DNA of 64,000 bases from the human T2T-CHM13v2.0 reference genome, Homo sapiens. Shown piece after piece: positions 20,030 through 56,706 of this stretch (position 1 is the stretch's first letter; each line of letters opens with the position of its first letter). The notes under the pieces are model-generated. The model was not told where the DNA came from. It was given only the letters and a program-made list of their open reading frames with translations, and did not search any database. The translations under genes and the position numbers were made by a program. Where the stretch lies: assembly GCF_009914755.1 (NCBI RefSeq), contig NC_060928.1; one strand, given 5' to 3'.

Positions 20030-20423
20030 TTATACGGGCAGCCCAGGGCAAGAGTCTCACTGGACAGTCATTGGTAACAAGAGACCCGCGGGGTTCAGGT
20101 TCACTGCTGCGCTGGCTGCTGCACGCAGTCACTGTCTGCCCTCATATGCCAAACCCCATTTGTTTAAAGCGCGTCATCTATGAATTGACACGTGTACTGT
20201 GAAACTTCACTACAGTCAAAGAGTCACCTCCAAATGCATCTTTGTGCCCCCACTGGGTCCCGCCACCGACCCCCAGGCAACCTCAGGTCCTGCCACTGCA
20301 GACTCGGGTGCACTTTCTAGCATCTTAGATAGACGGATCATCCAGCAAGCACTCTTTTTGTCTGACTTCTCTCACTCACTTATTTTGAGATTTGCCCCTG
20401 TGGTCGTGTGTTTCTTGTCTTGT

Positions 20424-22135
<1,712 letters not shown>

Positions 22136-22566
22136 GCGAGTTCAAGATGGAAGGTACCAGGAGGCGCCCCAGGTAGGCAGCACAGGCGCCTGGAGGCTGC
22201 ACCTCACAGGCTCGCATGGGGAGTCTGAAGATGCTCCAAGCCCAGATCACCCCACAGGAGGTGACAGCAGGTTGGGCCTGTGGAGGAGGCTCTACCTTGA
22301 GGGGCCACATTGGCTTCCACACCCCTTCACTGTCTGGGCAAGCTGGCAAAGGGCCCTGAAACCTGCCGACTGGCATCTCTACCTGCCACACTGTGGGCCA
22401 GGGTGCTAAGTTCACGGCAGCGTCAGCTGCTGTGCACCCAGGCACAGTGCGGAGCCCGGCCGGACTCACTCTTTTCCTAACCACCAAGCCTCCTAGGGGC
22501 CCAGTGGCCTCATCCTCAACCCCTTGCACCATCTCCTCTCACTGAGGGCTATAGATGCCCCAGCTA

Positions 22567-22821
<255 letters not shown>

Positions 22822-23460
22822 TCACACAGAAGCAGTCTTCTTGCTCCCCGAAGCTCAGAACATATGGCAGAGGCCACACTGGGAGCAGGCCTGCAGGTGA
22901 CATTGGGCAGCACACCTGCCACAGAAGGTCCCTAGGGAGGCTCCATGCAGCTGCCAGGTCACCTGGGGCCCTCTCCAGAACAGGCTAGAGCACCTTATCC
23001 ATCTCTGGTCTCCCCAAGACTCCCCCAAGCTGCCCTGTCACTTGCAGAGCAGGAGGCTGAGCCTGTGGGTGGGCACCATGCATGTGACCCAAGAGGACCA
23101 CAGGGCCCGTGTTGAAGAGGAGCCCAGAGGCTGGGGGAGCCTGCAGCTCCTCTGCCAGCGCCCCTCACAGCAAGTCCCTGAGGAGAGGGTGGGCACTGCC
23201 ATATGCTAAGCTTGCCCCTCTGAGACGGCTAAGGTATATCTCCCATGAGCACCACTGTGGCCATCGGGGAGTCCCCATGTCAGAGTTGCAGCCCTCACAC
23301 CCGGGCACCCTGCCTCCCTGACCACTCCAGGAGGAAATAAACATGCAGGACAGAGCTGCAGGGCAAGCATGCGGGAGGCCAAGACTGTGGGCGTGCGGGG
23401 GTTTCTAGGGAGGCTGGCTCAGGACAGCCCCACGCGGCACGGAGCAGGACCACCGCTTAC

Positions 23461-23604
23461 CGCCACCTCCGAGCGCTTCTGCAGCTCCTTCTCACGGTGC
23501 TCCTGCTGGATGGCCGCCTCCTCCTGCAGCGTGGCCTCCAGCTTGGCCTTGTTGTCCACCTGCTCGCCCTCCACCTCGGCCACTTTCACCTGTGCTTCCT
23601 TTGC
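23461..23604 (-). CDS. LETM1: LETM1 exon 9 (AKEAQVK...RSEVA)
   Basis: aag|GCAAAG...GTGGCG|gtaagc; 144 nt. Confidence 0.97.
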
Positions 23605-24077
23605 CTTCAGAAGAGGGTACATCTGTGGGTGAGCCCAGAAGCCACCAGAGGCCCCTGCTGCCCCTCACCTCTGTCCTGTGTCCTGTGTCCCCTGCCCCGT
23701 CACCACCTGGGCTTCACACACACAGGACAGAAGGCACTGCCGAGGTGCTGCCCGCAATTGCTGGGAGGCCCCTGGGCCGCCCTCTGCGCTCGCCCGATGA
23801 CTCCTGACATGTGGGAAGGAGCATAGGCGCTGCTGACACAGCTCCAAGGGCCGCGGCCCAGATCCACAGCAGCCAACACGTGGCCAGGTCGGGACCACTG
23901 GCAACTGTGCCACACGGGGGATGGCAGGCAAGGGGCTGGTGAGGAGGGATGGAAGGAAGGGGACAGGTGGCTGGGTGGGGGCACTCGCGAGGGGGTGGGA
24001 GGCAGGCTCCTCGCCCATGGTTGAGGAATGAGTGCGCTTGCACACCTCCCCCCACCCCAGAAGAGCGGAGCCACCTA

Positions 24078-24266
<189 letters not shown>

Positions 24267-24500
24267 TCAGCAGATGGGCAGCCCCCCAACCCTGCTGGCC
24301 CCACAGCAGGTCCGCCCATCTCATCACCAGAATAGCTCTCAGAGAAGACAGTGTCTCAAGTTCTACAAGGTCTGTTTGTTGCTGTGCTGCGTGACCCGAT
24401 GACGGCGTTAGTAAACAAAACACCAGAGAGGCTTGGGGGTCAGCAACCCCCACAGCGAGGACCCCAAGGGCCTCAGAACAGGGCACCAACTCTTCACTTA

Positions 24501-24967
<467 letters not shown>

Positions 24968-24991
24968 TTAGAGACAAACTGAACACGGGGC

Positions 24992-25105
24992 AAAACATGA
25001 GAACAAACCCTAAGAGAAGAAAGGCAACGCTGAGGAGAAGTGGGTAGAGAAAATATGAGAACAAACCCTAAGAGAAGAAAGGCACCACCGAGAGGTGGGT
25101 AGAGA
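24992..25105 (+). repeat. About 59-bp purine-rich tandem duplication
   Basis: atgagaacaaaccctaagagaagaaaggca...gtgggtagaga twice. Confidence 0.85.
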
Positions 25106-25793
25106 AGGAAAAGTGTGAACACATGACACTCGGGCCCCCAATGCGCCACACTCCCCTGGGGGCCGAGGGGCCTGGGCAGGGACAGCACCTGCCCCCCTGC
25201 TCAGACACCCCTGTGTGTGTGGCCCATATCCCCACGGAGCTCCAGAAGGCTGGGCAGAGTGCTAGGGAGGTCAGCACCCATGCCAGACACAGAGAAGGCT
25301 CTGCTGGGGAATCCGATGGAAGACGCGGCTGTGGAAGGCAGGGGGTGCCACAGGATCACGCCATAAATACTGTCTGTGTCGAGAGGAGAAGTGTGTACAC
25401 ACACCTTCATCTACACTTGCAGGTTGTGTGAAAAACCCGGGAGGAGGATGACTGCCAACAAGGGCATGCCAGTGCCAGGGCACCGGGAGGAAACCGGCTG
25501 GAGCCCTGCACCCCTTAACCTTTCCATGTAAGAGTGAGTGGCTGGGGCTGTCACTTTCCGACCTACAAGCCACTCAATTTGATGGCATTGGGAACCAGGC
25601 ACCAGCACAGGGCGTGGCCAAGAGAAGGGGCGGCTCCAAAGTCAGACCGTGCCATGCCACCCAAACCTTCCATGGCCCCAGTTCAGAAAGAGTCAAAATG
25701 TGAACACGTCCGACATCTCAGAGGTGAACTCCAGTCCTCATCTGACTACAGATAACCAAAATAGTAAGTTATTAAGGTCTTTAAAATCAACTA

Positions 25794-26156
<363 letters not shown>

Positions 26157-27099
26157 CTAGAAAACAAAGCAGTGAATTATCATCTGGGACAGTTGCTGGT
26201 GGGTGACAGTGTCTGTGTGAACACCCTCCAGAATAAGTGGCTAACAGATTTTGCCAAGCAAGAATCAAACCACGGCCACCAAAGCCCAGTTCTAGGTTAG
26301 AAGTGACTGGAAGCCTGTGACGGAGGGTCAGGATCTTGGGAAGTGCAGAACGGCCACGGTCAACCCCGAGACAAAGAAGTCCACCTCCAACCCTCTGTCC
26401 TGATGGCAGAACCAGCCCCACCCTGGCCACTCCTGCCACCTGCTGTTTCTCCTGATCCCCCAGTCCCCCATCTGCCAAAGTGTGCCCAGGATGGAAAAGA
26501 AGGAGGGATGGAAGGCGAGGGAACCAGACACTCTGAAGACACATCTTGACCTCATACCCAAAGGGCCCCTCTCTTCTGCTCAGCCCAAGGTCACTGTGAC
26601 ACCAACTGGAAAAGCAAACAGGAGTCCCAGAGGTAGAGGACACCAAGGCATACAGGGAGCAACAGGTGAAGAGAGACACGGAGAAGTAATGACAGCTACT
26701 GCTAGGCAGATGCCGGCAACAGGGCTCCCATGCCAGGACTCTGCAGTAGGGCCCCCCATCTCAGAGTTCACTCCACATCACAACCACCCTGTGGGGTAGA
26801 CAGTACCACCACCTCCACTTCTAAAACCAAACTTGACGTAACTGTGGACACACATCCAGTTTTAACAAGTAACAAAGCTCCCATGCATCAGATGCCTCCC
26901 CTAGCATAATGTCTCACCAGCAGCACTGCAATTAGCACATGCCACCCACCCAGTCAAGACAGAGGCCACCTTCCCCAGCTCCCGGTGCTGCCCGTTCACA
27001 GACGCGCTTGTCTCCATGTCTGCTGCTGTCACCTGGAGTGCTCTCTGAACAGGATCATGCAGGAGTCACCTCTGGGGTTCCCTGAGGACCCACTGGGGG

Positions 27100-32939
<5,840 letters not shown>

Positions 32940-33162
32940 TCATCAATAAGCAGGATGAACACAAAGACAGACACAACTAAGCAAGTTATTATAAATCTGA
33001 CGAAATCCAAACAGAGAGATCATCCGAGAAGGTGCCAGAGAAAAGACATCCATCTTCAAAGGATCTGCAATCTGCAAGTGGCAAGACTCCTAGTGAGCTT
33101 ATTTTCGATCGTTCAGCATCTTCCAGAGTTTCTACAATGAGGACATGCTGCTTTTATCATCA

Positions 33163-33800
<638 letters not shown>

Positions 33801-34549
33801 AAACCACTGACTTCTGACTCCGGTGCTGGGCTAGCCTGGGGAAAGGTGGCGTCTGGCCTGTGGACCTCTCCTGCCTGAACCAGCAAAGCTGAGGCTGCTG
33901 TCTGCTGGGGGAGACGCCCGGGCCCACAGGCTGCTGCATGCAGGTCCTGTGATCCTCTCTCTGCCACAGAAGTGGCCGGGACCCTGCTGCTCTGGGGCAG
34001 GAAGAGGTGCACCTGTGTGCACCTACATCTCCCACGGATGACTGCCTGAGCCTTGGGGGAGGGGTGGCCATCTAGCTCTTTAGGGAGAGCTAGAGTCCCT
34101 TAGCGTGGATCACTCAGGGCCCTTTGGGTGATCCTCTGCAGTTCCTACCACCTGAGGGACAAGCCACCAGCTCAGTCTCTGCCAAGAGCTGGGCTAGGAG
34201 GGTACCTAGCAGAGGTGACAGATGAGGGAGGACGAGGCTGACTTGGTGCCCAACTCAAATCGTAACATGCAGGATGCCAGCTCTGAGACACAATTTCAGG
34301 TGTGCTCCTGGGGGCGGCCCTATGCAGCACACCCCCGTGCAGGTGACTGCAAGCACATCCTTCTTGGCAGCTGGGCGGCCCAGGAAAGGTTGGGACGGGC
34401 CCCTCCTGCTCTGCAAGGCACGATGTCCTGGGTGAGGCTCCCAAAGCATGGCTCCCCCTAAAACATCTTGCTGGAACCACCACCCACTCCCTGGGGGGCT
34501 CAGCAGCCCCATGGCTGTGTCGCCTCCTCCCGAGAGGCTTCTCCGTGGT

Positions 34550-36201
<1,652 letters not shown>

Positions 36202-36270
36202 TCATGACTCCCCTATAGCACCGGTAGGGGAGTGTTCCTGGTCTAGAAAACCTGTATTTTAAAATACATT

Positions 36271-39165
<2,895 letters not shown>

Positions 39166-40029
39166 TAAATAAATAGTAGAGCCACAAAAACGTAATATAA
39201 ACCCCAAGAGCTAGAAACCATGAGGTGTTCTTGGGAGGAAAGGATGGAGCAGACAGGAGATGAGGCTGCACCTGGGAGAGAGTGGACTCGATTCCCACAT
39301 AGGGCTGCACTCTCTGAGGCCCATGGTGTCCCATGGCTCTCACAGAAGCAAACAATATCTGTGCTGAAGAAACTAGCTCACCACCTACATCACACAAGGT
39401 TTACCCCTCTGAAGTGAGATTCCATCTCTTTTAAATTAAAAAATTAATTTAAAATAAACTAATTGAGCTTCTAGAGTTAAAAACATAGGCACTGAAAATA
39501 AAACCTTGGTGGCTGCATTAAACAAGATTACTTCAGCTGAAAAGAGAATGAATAAAATAGAAAGAAAACATCTAGATTGCAGCCCTGAAACAAAGACAGA
39601 AAATGGAGAATCTTTTCAGAACCGTGAAGGACAGCAGGAGCTGGTGCACCAGAGGACAAACCAGGAGCCCCGAGAGCCTGGGCACTGGTGAGCGAGCAGG
39701 TTCTATCACAGATGGCAGATGTGGAACCTTGGGGTCAGAAGCACGGATCCCAAAAATAAAAACAACTCACCCAGAGGGACACGCGCAGCCCCTCCAGACA
39801 GACGTTGAAGCAGTTAAGACAGAAAGGGCCTGCACCTGCAGCAGAGGTGCACCTGTGCAGATGCAGACCCCTCCCAGGAAACAGCAGTGGAGAGCCAGGG
39901 CAAGGCATCAAGAGGGTGAAGGCATCGAGAGTGGGTGGAGCTGTGTGCTGAAAACTGCTGCTGGGAAGGAGTTGAAGCAGGAGCAGACGGTGTTGCAATT
40001 CAATTCAGTGGCGAGGTGCGCCTTTCCAT

Positions 40030-41450
40030 AGGTGTGGTTAGTTATGACAGGTATTGGTTCCTGGCTCTACTGCCCTTGTTACAGTCTTGTGATAATGTTA
40101 GGTGTGTCAGGCCTTGGGGGCAGGCCTCTGACCTCTCTACCCTCCTTTCACCTGCCCTAAGGCAGGTCACTAATCTTCCCAACTTCCTGACTATGGGTTT
40201 TAAGACCCTCCCTAAAGAGGGTTCCGTCCTATTCCCTGAGGGAAGGAATGCCCAAGAGGACTGGGTTCAAGGAGCTTCCAGAAAGCTGAACACGGTAGAG
40301 GTTCACCGGGGGTTGCACCCTGGGAAGCATGGAAGATCCATGCCCCTTCCCCGTACATACCTTGCCTTACGGTCTCTTGACCTGCATCCTTTGCACTATG
40401 CTTTATAGTAAACTGATAAATTTAAGTGTTTCTCTAAGTTCTGTGAGCCGCTCCAGCAAATTAATCAAACCCAAAGGGGTGGGGGTGGGTGTCACACCTC
40501 ATGTAGCCCATAAATACGTATACCTACTATGTACCCACAAAAACAAAACAATTTAAAAACAAAGAGGGGGCCAGGCACAGTGGCCCACGCCTATAATCCC
40601 AGCACTTTGCGAGGCCAAGGCAGGTGGATCACTTGAGGCCAGGAGTTCGAGAGCAGCCTGGCCAACGCGGTGAAACCCCTCTCTACTAAAAATACAAACA
40701 TTAGCCGGGTGTGATGGTATATGCCTGTAGTCCCAGCTACTCAGGTGGCTGAGGCAGGAGAATCACTTGAACCCAGGAGGCGGAGGTTGCAGTGAGCCGA
40801 GATTGTGCCACTGCACTCAGGCCTGGGCAACAGAGTGAGACTCTGCCTCAAAAAATAAGGTTGGGCGCGGTGGTTCACGCCTGTAATCCCAGCACTTTGG
40901 GAGGCCGAGGTGGGCAGATCATGAGGTCAGGAGATCAAGACCATTCTGGCTAACACGGTGAAACCCCGTCTCTACTAAAAATACAAAAAATTAGCCGGGC
41001 GTGGTGGCGGGTGCCTGTAGTGCCAGCTACTCGGGAGGCTGAGGCAGGAGAATGGTGTGGACCCCGGGGGGCGGAGCCTGCAGCGAGCCGAGATCGCACC
41101 ACTGCACTCCAGCCTGGGCGACAGTGAGACTCCATCTCAAAAAATAAATAAATAAACAAATAAATATAAAAATAATAATAATAAAAAAAAAACGAAGCGG
41201 GGGTGGTGGGAACCTAACTTGAAGCCAGTCTGTCAGAAGTTCCGAGAGGCCTGGACTTGAGACTGGTAGGGGGCACCTTGGGGACAGAGCCCTCACCCTG
41301 TGGGATCTGATGTTATCTCTGGGTAGACAGTATCAGAACTAAATCAGAGGACACCCAGCTGGTGTCTGCTGCGTGGTCTTCTATGTTGATGACTGTTGTG
41401 GTGGAGGGTAGAGGAAATACACAGGTAAACCAAGTTTTTCCTAGGCAATA
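40030..41450 (+). mobile_element. MER21-type ERV LTR interrupted by an L1 3'-end fragment (about 40495-40560) and two Alus (40569-41191)
   Basis: gagccctcaccctgtgggatctga...gaggacacccagctggtgtc recalled from MER21. Confidence 0.65.
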
Positions 41451-41540
41451 GGTTTTACCGATTTTTATTCTCTACCAAACAGAAAGCAAGCACTAAAAAT
41501 ATTTTTCAAGCAATCTATAGAGTGAAAAGAATTTGGGCAC

Positions 41541-42311
<771 letters not shown>

Positions 42312-43579
42312 CTAGCCTTTGACAGCTCAGCACCGAACACCAACAGCAGCAAAACCCACATGCCCCGTGCCATGCCATGTCACAACCACACACAATCCCA
42401 CCTACTTCCTGACGTTTTGCACTGCCCGCTGGGGAGCCCTTCGGAAGGGAGGCCAGGACAGTGTGCAGCCCCCTCAGCCCCACACCACGTCGGACAGGAG
42501 CATGGGCGGGCGATCCCCACAGAAAGGCAGGCAAGTCAGACACAAACACAATCAGCAAAGGCTGGATCCCTGGGTGGGTCTCCCAGGCCCACTCCCAGAG
42601 ACTTGGGGAGGTAGGGTGCATTGCTTTGGCACTTCGTGGGGGAATGGAGTGCAGAGCAGAGACTTTGTTGACTTTGGAGGTCCTCTCCTCCAACAAGTGA
42701 CTTTCTGGAAAGATCCGTGGCTCTTGAACAAGTCCTGCAAATCAGTAAGGGTGCTCGCTGACCTCAGACCTCTACACTAGCTGCCCGCAGGCACCAGAGC
42801 AAAACAACAAAATCCAAAGAATAAGGGCCAAGGCCCATCTCCTCCTCCTCTACCCACCTGCCCACTCTGTCCGGCACCAGCAGGCTCCAAGCCCAGAGCC
42901 TCACACCTGCCCCCCCGCCTGGACATCCCTAGCTCATGCCCTTGCTTCACTCAGACCTCCCTGACCACTCCACCGCTCTTGCCTCTCATCCACAGTGCTG
43001 CCTCCTAGCGGGTGCCCTGCTGACATCTGGCCGTCTTAGAGACCAGGTGCACACTGTGTGCACCACATTTGCTTTCTCCCAACTGGAATGTAGGCCACCG
43101 AGGGCCAGAGAGCAGGCTCGAGGCCTCACAGGCAGCAGTGGGAGGCTGGCACTAACCCAGACCCATCTCGGTCCACGCTGCATCGGCCCCAGTTGCCGCC
43201 TGTGCCATATCCACCCACAGAAAGGCCTTGAGGAGGCCACTGCAGCCTAAGCTTCTGCAGCATAGACCATGCCTGGCCCAGAACCTATGGTTTGTGTGCA
43301 ACACAGAGACCATCATCTGACCGCAGCGTGGTGCCACACCACCATTTACAGTCCAAAATTCAAACAGCTGACCTGCGCGAGGCCCATTCAGCCTCACGAT
43401 CTCCTGCGTGTCTTGCCTGGCACACTAGAAACTCCCCTGCTGATTGGACACAAATCCCCCCGGGTGGCCCGAGCTCACCTAAAAGGCCATGTGTGTCGCA
43501 TAACTTCACATCAGCTCCTCCTGCTTCCATCAGCTCTCTGTGCATGGCCTGACGCCAGCAGCAAGGCCCGAGCTCCGGA

Positions 43580-43690
43580 GCAGACTGTTAGAGCTCAAAT
43601 TCCAGCTCCATTACTTACTGCTGCGTGACCTTAGACTGAGTAATTTAACCTCTCTGTGCTTTGGGAGCATTCCTCGTGAATTTGTGTGTT
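43580..43690 (+). mobile_element. MIR fragment
   Basis: ctcaaattccagctccattacttactgctgcgtgaccttag...taatttaacctctctgtgc MIR core. Confidence 0.7.
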
Positions 43691-44858
43691 AACAGATACT
43701 AAGTACCAGGACGGTACCTGCAACATGGGAACACCCACCAACGACGTGGCTCTCGTGATTACCACCGCCTTGCAGCCTCGGAGAAGCCACCAATCAGGGC
43801 TGGAAGCCAGGCGGGGAACTCTCTGGACCCGCTGCTTGTTTCTCAGATGGGGATCCTCGGCTTGCAGCCCAGAGAGGGCAGTGCGGCTGGTGCAGGGCAC
43901 TGTCAGCCCAGGGCAGCTTAGAGCGAGCACACACCAGGATCAGAAGCCAGAGCAGCAGGGGCTCCACTCTGCACCAGTAATGGTCTGGGGACCTCCCCCA
44001 AAAACTCTCCCAGGCTCAAAATCTTCCCTCAATTACAGACATGCAAACCCAACACTAACCTCACGGAGAGGTTCTCAAGAATACGGGAAATAGACACGTG
44101 GAAGGTGCCTGGTGGACACCAATGAGGCCTGGGAGGGGTGGGAAGGGGGACAGGCACCCCACCTCGGTCACCTCCCCAATCCCTGTGAGGGCAGCTTCAG
44201 ACTCTCTCCAGGCGCTGGCCCAGCCCCAGCCACCATGTCTCTAGGTTCTCCTCAGCTCTGGGGTCACCTCTGAGCCAGGAAGGGGCCCCTGAATCCATGC
44301 AGTCTTGAGTCAAGGCGTGCCGAGAGCCGAGCCACACAGAATGCAGCAGAGCCCACGCAGGCTCAGACTGCCCCCTGGCCAGGCTGTGTTCCTTCTGTGA
44401 GGTGGGCTCACCTCCCTGTGTGGGTGATGACAGTGCCCACACATGGGAATACACCTCCTCCCTGCATCAAGCTGAATTACACAACTCCACAACCCTCAGT
44501 TAGCAAGGACGATGGTGGCTTCCACAAGAAGGCATGATGCCAGCAGTCACGGGGTGTCGACAGGCAAAGACGAAGACTCGGAAAAACAGACCAGGCAGAG
44601 AAGCACACGATGGACTCAGTGAAGGCAGGGAGCCATCCAGAGTTGGGCACACCTGCAGGGGCCTGGTCCTCACCACAGTAACATCCCCCGGCAAATCCCA
44701 TCAGCATTCACGCTAAGTACAGATTTAGAAATAAAAATAGCCTCACATCAGCTGAGGTTTCCCCACTGAGTGAGATTCAAGTTTGCTGGGTCTCACAACT
44801 GCTGTCTTACAGTTTGCTTACCCAAAGTCTGGGTGCTGCTTCTCTGCCTTTGTTTCTA

Positions 44859-49445
<4,587 letters not shown>

Positions 49446-49621
49446 TCACTGAGGCATGTGACAATCATTTTCAAAATGGAAAGATAAAGGTTTAAAAGAA
49501 ACAAAGAACAGGAAAGTAGGATACACTGTTTCCCTCAAAAATCAAGAGTCACTCGTGACTCTCCACCATTTTCAAACCCTGTTTTCAAACAGACAGGTGC
49601 AGAGTGATACTGATTTACTCA

Positions 49622-51501
<1,880 letters not shown>

Positions 51502-52519
51502 TTAGGATTTCAACATGTTTTTGATGCTTTCCCTAACTTGCTCTAGTTCCTATAAGCATAAAGTCAGAGTTCATTCGTATTACTGACATTCAGAGCCCAT
51601 TGTGATCAAACTTCATGCTGGGAACAAGACAGGAATAGGAGCAGCAGGGCCAGAGGCACCAGCCCACGGAGGTGCCAGGCCAGGCTGTGCAGAGGCTAGG
51701 CGGTGCCGGGAGCCAGCAGGTAGCACCCTGAGATGCCCAGTGACCTTGAACCTCCAAGCAGTGGGGTTGCAATGAGTCAACAGCCAGGGAGCAGCAAGTG
51801 CAGCTTTAAGATGGGGGGAGCTCACTCCAGCCGGCAACGAGAGCCACCGTGAGAGGACGAACAAGATGGGGAGGGCAGGCACTGACCCTGCTCCTAGTGG
51901 ACCGATACGTCACTTCACCTCATTTAACAGGAGGCAACTCTCCTGGTTCTGTGGGGAAGGAAATTCCTACTACGTGCCACATTTAGGGCTTGTAACAGTC
52001 CGGTCTGTGAACTGGGAGCTGGGTTAAGGGGAAAATGTTGGCTATGTTCTCATACACAGCAAGTTACATTTTAAGTTAAAATTCAAAGCACAGCACACGT
52101 GAGCATGCCAAGGCCCTTCTCACTCCAGCTGAGACTAGCTTTGGCCCCCACCTTTCTCCACATGAAGAGGGCCCAGCGCATTCTCCGCTATCCTCCCCAC
52201 ACCATGGCACCTTCAGCCCCTCCACCCCTGCCCCGGCCAGCTCCTGTGCCTCAAGGGCTCCGCCCGGCAAGCAGGCAGGCTGGCAGGTCTCCCAGAGTTC
52301 CCTGATCTGTCCCCCAGTGACCCTACCTTCTCTCTAACACTGCCTGTCCCACTGGCTCCCTTACTAGGCTCTCCCCAAAACCTGTTCTGACGGCTTCTGT
52401 CCCCAGCTCTCCAAGGAACCCCCAGTCAAGGCCGTTCGGGGTGATGGGGATCATTGCTCCACGTCCCTCACGAGCACAGGTGTCATCTGTGCCCAGGCCC
52501 TGCTGGGAGCCCTTCTGTT

Positions 52520-53420
52520 CTTTTTTCCAACACCAACGAATTCTCCAACTGGGAGTCCAACAATTTAATTCCATACTGACACTACCCAGAGTTAGTGCAG
52601 ACCTCACAGGGTACGGGCTCAGTCCCACAAGACTGCCCCCACTCCATGTGCCCAGGCTTACCCAACTTCAGCTGACCACACATTTGAGGGTTCCCATGAC
52701 CGCCTTGGTTTTGATCATTCACAAGAATGACTCAGATGTCAGCAATGGGCTCTACTTACTGTCACAGTTTATTATAAAGGGTACCTGGTACCTAGGAACA
52801 ACCAGACAGCATGGCCAGGGAGGTCCCGAGCACAGGATCCTTTGTCCTGTGGAGCTAGGTGGACGCCAGTGGGAAGCCTCACCAGCCTCCTCACCCAGAA
52901 GTTCTCATCAAGGCTTCATGACTGATTACAGTATTGGCCCACTGGCCATGGGGACTGAACTAAATCTCCAAACCCTCTCGCCTCCCTGGAAGGGGCAGGA
53001 AGTTCCCACCCTCTAATCACAGCATGGCCAGCACCTCAATCTATCTAAGGGCCTGCCTGGAGTCACCTCATCAGCATAAACTCAGGTGCAGTGATAACGA
53101 ATAACAGAAGACACTCCCAAACTCACGCCTGTAATCCTAGCACTTTGGGAGGCCAAGGCAGGTGGATCGCTGTTGAGCTCAGGAGTTAAGCCTGAGCAAC
53201 AGAGACCCTGTCTACAAAAATGTTAAAACATCAGCTGGCAGGAGGATCGCTTGGAGGCTGTGGTGAGCCATGATCAAGCTACTGCACTCCAGCCTGGGTG
53301 ACAGAGCAAGACCCTGTCTCAAAATACAAACAAATGAAAAAAGACACTCCCATCATTCAGGAAACTTCCAGGGTTCTCAGCCCTCAGTGCTGGTGCCAGG
53401 ATCAGGTCAAAGAACAAACA
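52520..53420 (-). mobile_element. MER21-type LTR with an inserted degenerate Alu (53123-53335)
   Basis: gggctcagtcccacaagactgccccc and agtcacctcatcagcataaactcagg recalled from MER21. Confidence 0.6.
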
Positions 53421-53631
53421 AACCTTTCTTCACCTGGCTTCACCCTTGCCACTCCTGGGAGAGCCTCCCTACCTGACCTCCACCTCCTCCCCAGGCAATC
53501 TCTTCCCTGACTTGAATACACACGCCCCACAGGTCTGATGGGCACGGCACAGTCCACACCTCCAAGAACTCTCAACTAGCGCCCCTCCTCATTCTGCTCC
53601 TCCCCAAGTCCTCCCCAGTTTCAACAAATGG

Positions 53632-53737
53632 CACTGTTGTCCCCAGGCGGCTCAGGCCAGAGGCCACCTCTCCCACACAGCCCTCACTGTTGTCCCCAGG
53701 CGGCTCAGGCCAGAGGCCCCCTCTCCCACACAGCCCT
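53632..53737 (+). repeat. 53-bp tandem duplication (1 mismatch)
   Basis: cactgttgtccccaggcggctcaggccagaggcc(a/c)cctctcccacacagccct twice. Confidence 0.92.
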
Positions 53738-53779
53738 TGGAGTCAGCCCTGCTTCTGCTCGTAAAGCGACTTCCTCCCA

Positions 53780-54250
53780 AAAAGGACAAATGGGGAGGTG
53801 GGACAAGAGTAACTGGGCAGTGAAAAACCTGACAAACACCACTTCAGCCTACTGATCAAGGTCAACATCAACAGTGACAAATCATTTGGACAGCATGGAG
53901 CCTCGGCGGGATATGATAAGGATGCTTCACCTCTGTGGTCTTCCTCCTGAAAAACCATCTTTCCCAGCTTAATTATGAGGAAACATCAAGAAATACCAGT
54001 AGAGCAGCACCCTACACTCCACCTGGGCAGTACTCCTCAAAGCTGTCAAGGTCACTGCAGACAAGGAAAGCCTGAGAGGCAATCAAGAAGGGTGGTACAG
54101 ATGGGTCCTGGGACAGAAAAAGGACCTCAGAATGGAGAACGGGAGAGTAAAGAAAATCTGAATATGTTATGGACTTTAGTGAACAGTAACAGATCAAGGT
54201 CAGTTCATTAACTGTGACAACGAACCCTACTCATCTAAGATGTTAATAGC
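53780..54250 (+). mobile_element. L1MC-type 3' end fragment
   Basis: gaaaaacctgacaaacaccac...gatcaaggtcaacatcaacagtga motif recalled from L1MC. Confidence 0.6.
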
Positions 54251-54673
54251 AGGGGCCTGCAGCACTCCACTCGGTGTATCACTCATCAGTTCAGGGACCT
54301 CCTCCACAGTCCAGCCCTGGGTCTCGCTGGCTCTGAAATCCCTACTGTTTCTACAGCAGACCTGCCAGTGTCCCTGTCACAAAGCACAGTAGTAACTACA
54401 GAAGACATTTGTGTTCCTGAAATGACAGAATCGCACATAAAAAGCTAATTATTATTATTATTTATCAAAAATCTGATAATAAGCACGAAGTGTTAAAAGT
54501 ACTTTTATCACCATCAAGAGGTCCAGAGAGAGCTCTAACATCTAACACAGCAACTGGAAAGACCACATGCTGAGCTCCACCTTCAGACTGTGCAGTTCCA
54601 CCACTCAACATCCTCTCACCACTCCAAAAGTTTCAGTGGCTAACCAGCCATTATTGTAAAAATTACAAGAATT

Positions 54674-55626
<953 letters not shown>

Positions 55627-56076
55627 AATTATTTTACTTGAGTCCCTCTTAGCAAGTTTTATGTTTATTCCAATTTTACAAATAAGGACATAGACTCAAA
55701 TAAGTTGGTTAATTAGAGAGAGAGAGGAGGTGGGCACACCCTGGGACAGCATTCACTCCAGACAGCACCTGAGGCTAGGGGGGCTAAAGCCACGCACCCT
55801 GAGGACCCTCAGCGGCTCCGGAGTCCCCGTGTTCCCCGGGTGCCGGTCGCGGCCTAATCACACCACAGGGGTTTGTAGGTGCTGGCATCACCTCATCAGT
55901 GACGGACCAGGAAGGCTCCTGCAGCCCAGCAGGTCCTGCTCGCCGGTGTCTGCCCTGCCCACCCAGTCTCGTCTCCGGGACCCCAAACGTGACCAAAGGG
56001 CACGGCCGTCCTCGTGCGTGGACACGTTCCACCAAGCTTACTCGCGCAGGGCGCGCCAGGGCTGCCCAGCCCTTCA

Positions 56077-56571
<495 letters not shown>

Positions 56572-56706
56572 TCAAGGACCCGGCACCAGCGGCGGCCTTG
56601 TCCCGGCACAGACGTCCGGAGGCGCGGGGCGGGGCGGCCAGGCCGCGGCTCCCATTGGGCCCCTCAGCGCCCGCCGCTGGCCAGGTGAGGGGCGGACCGC
56701 GCCACC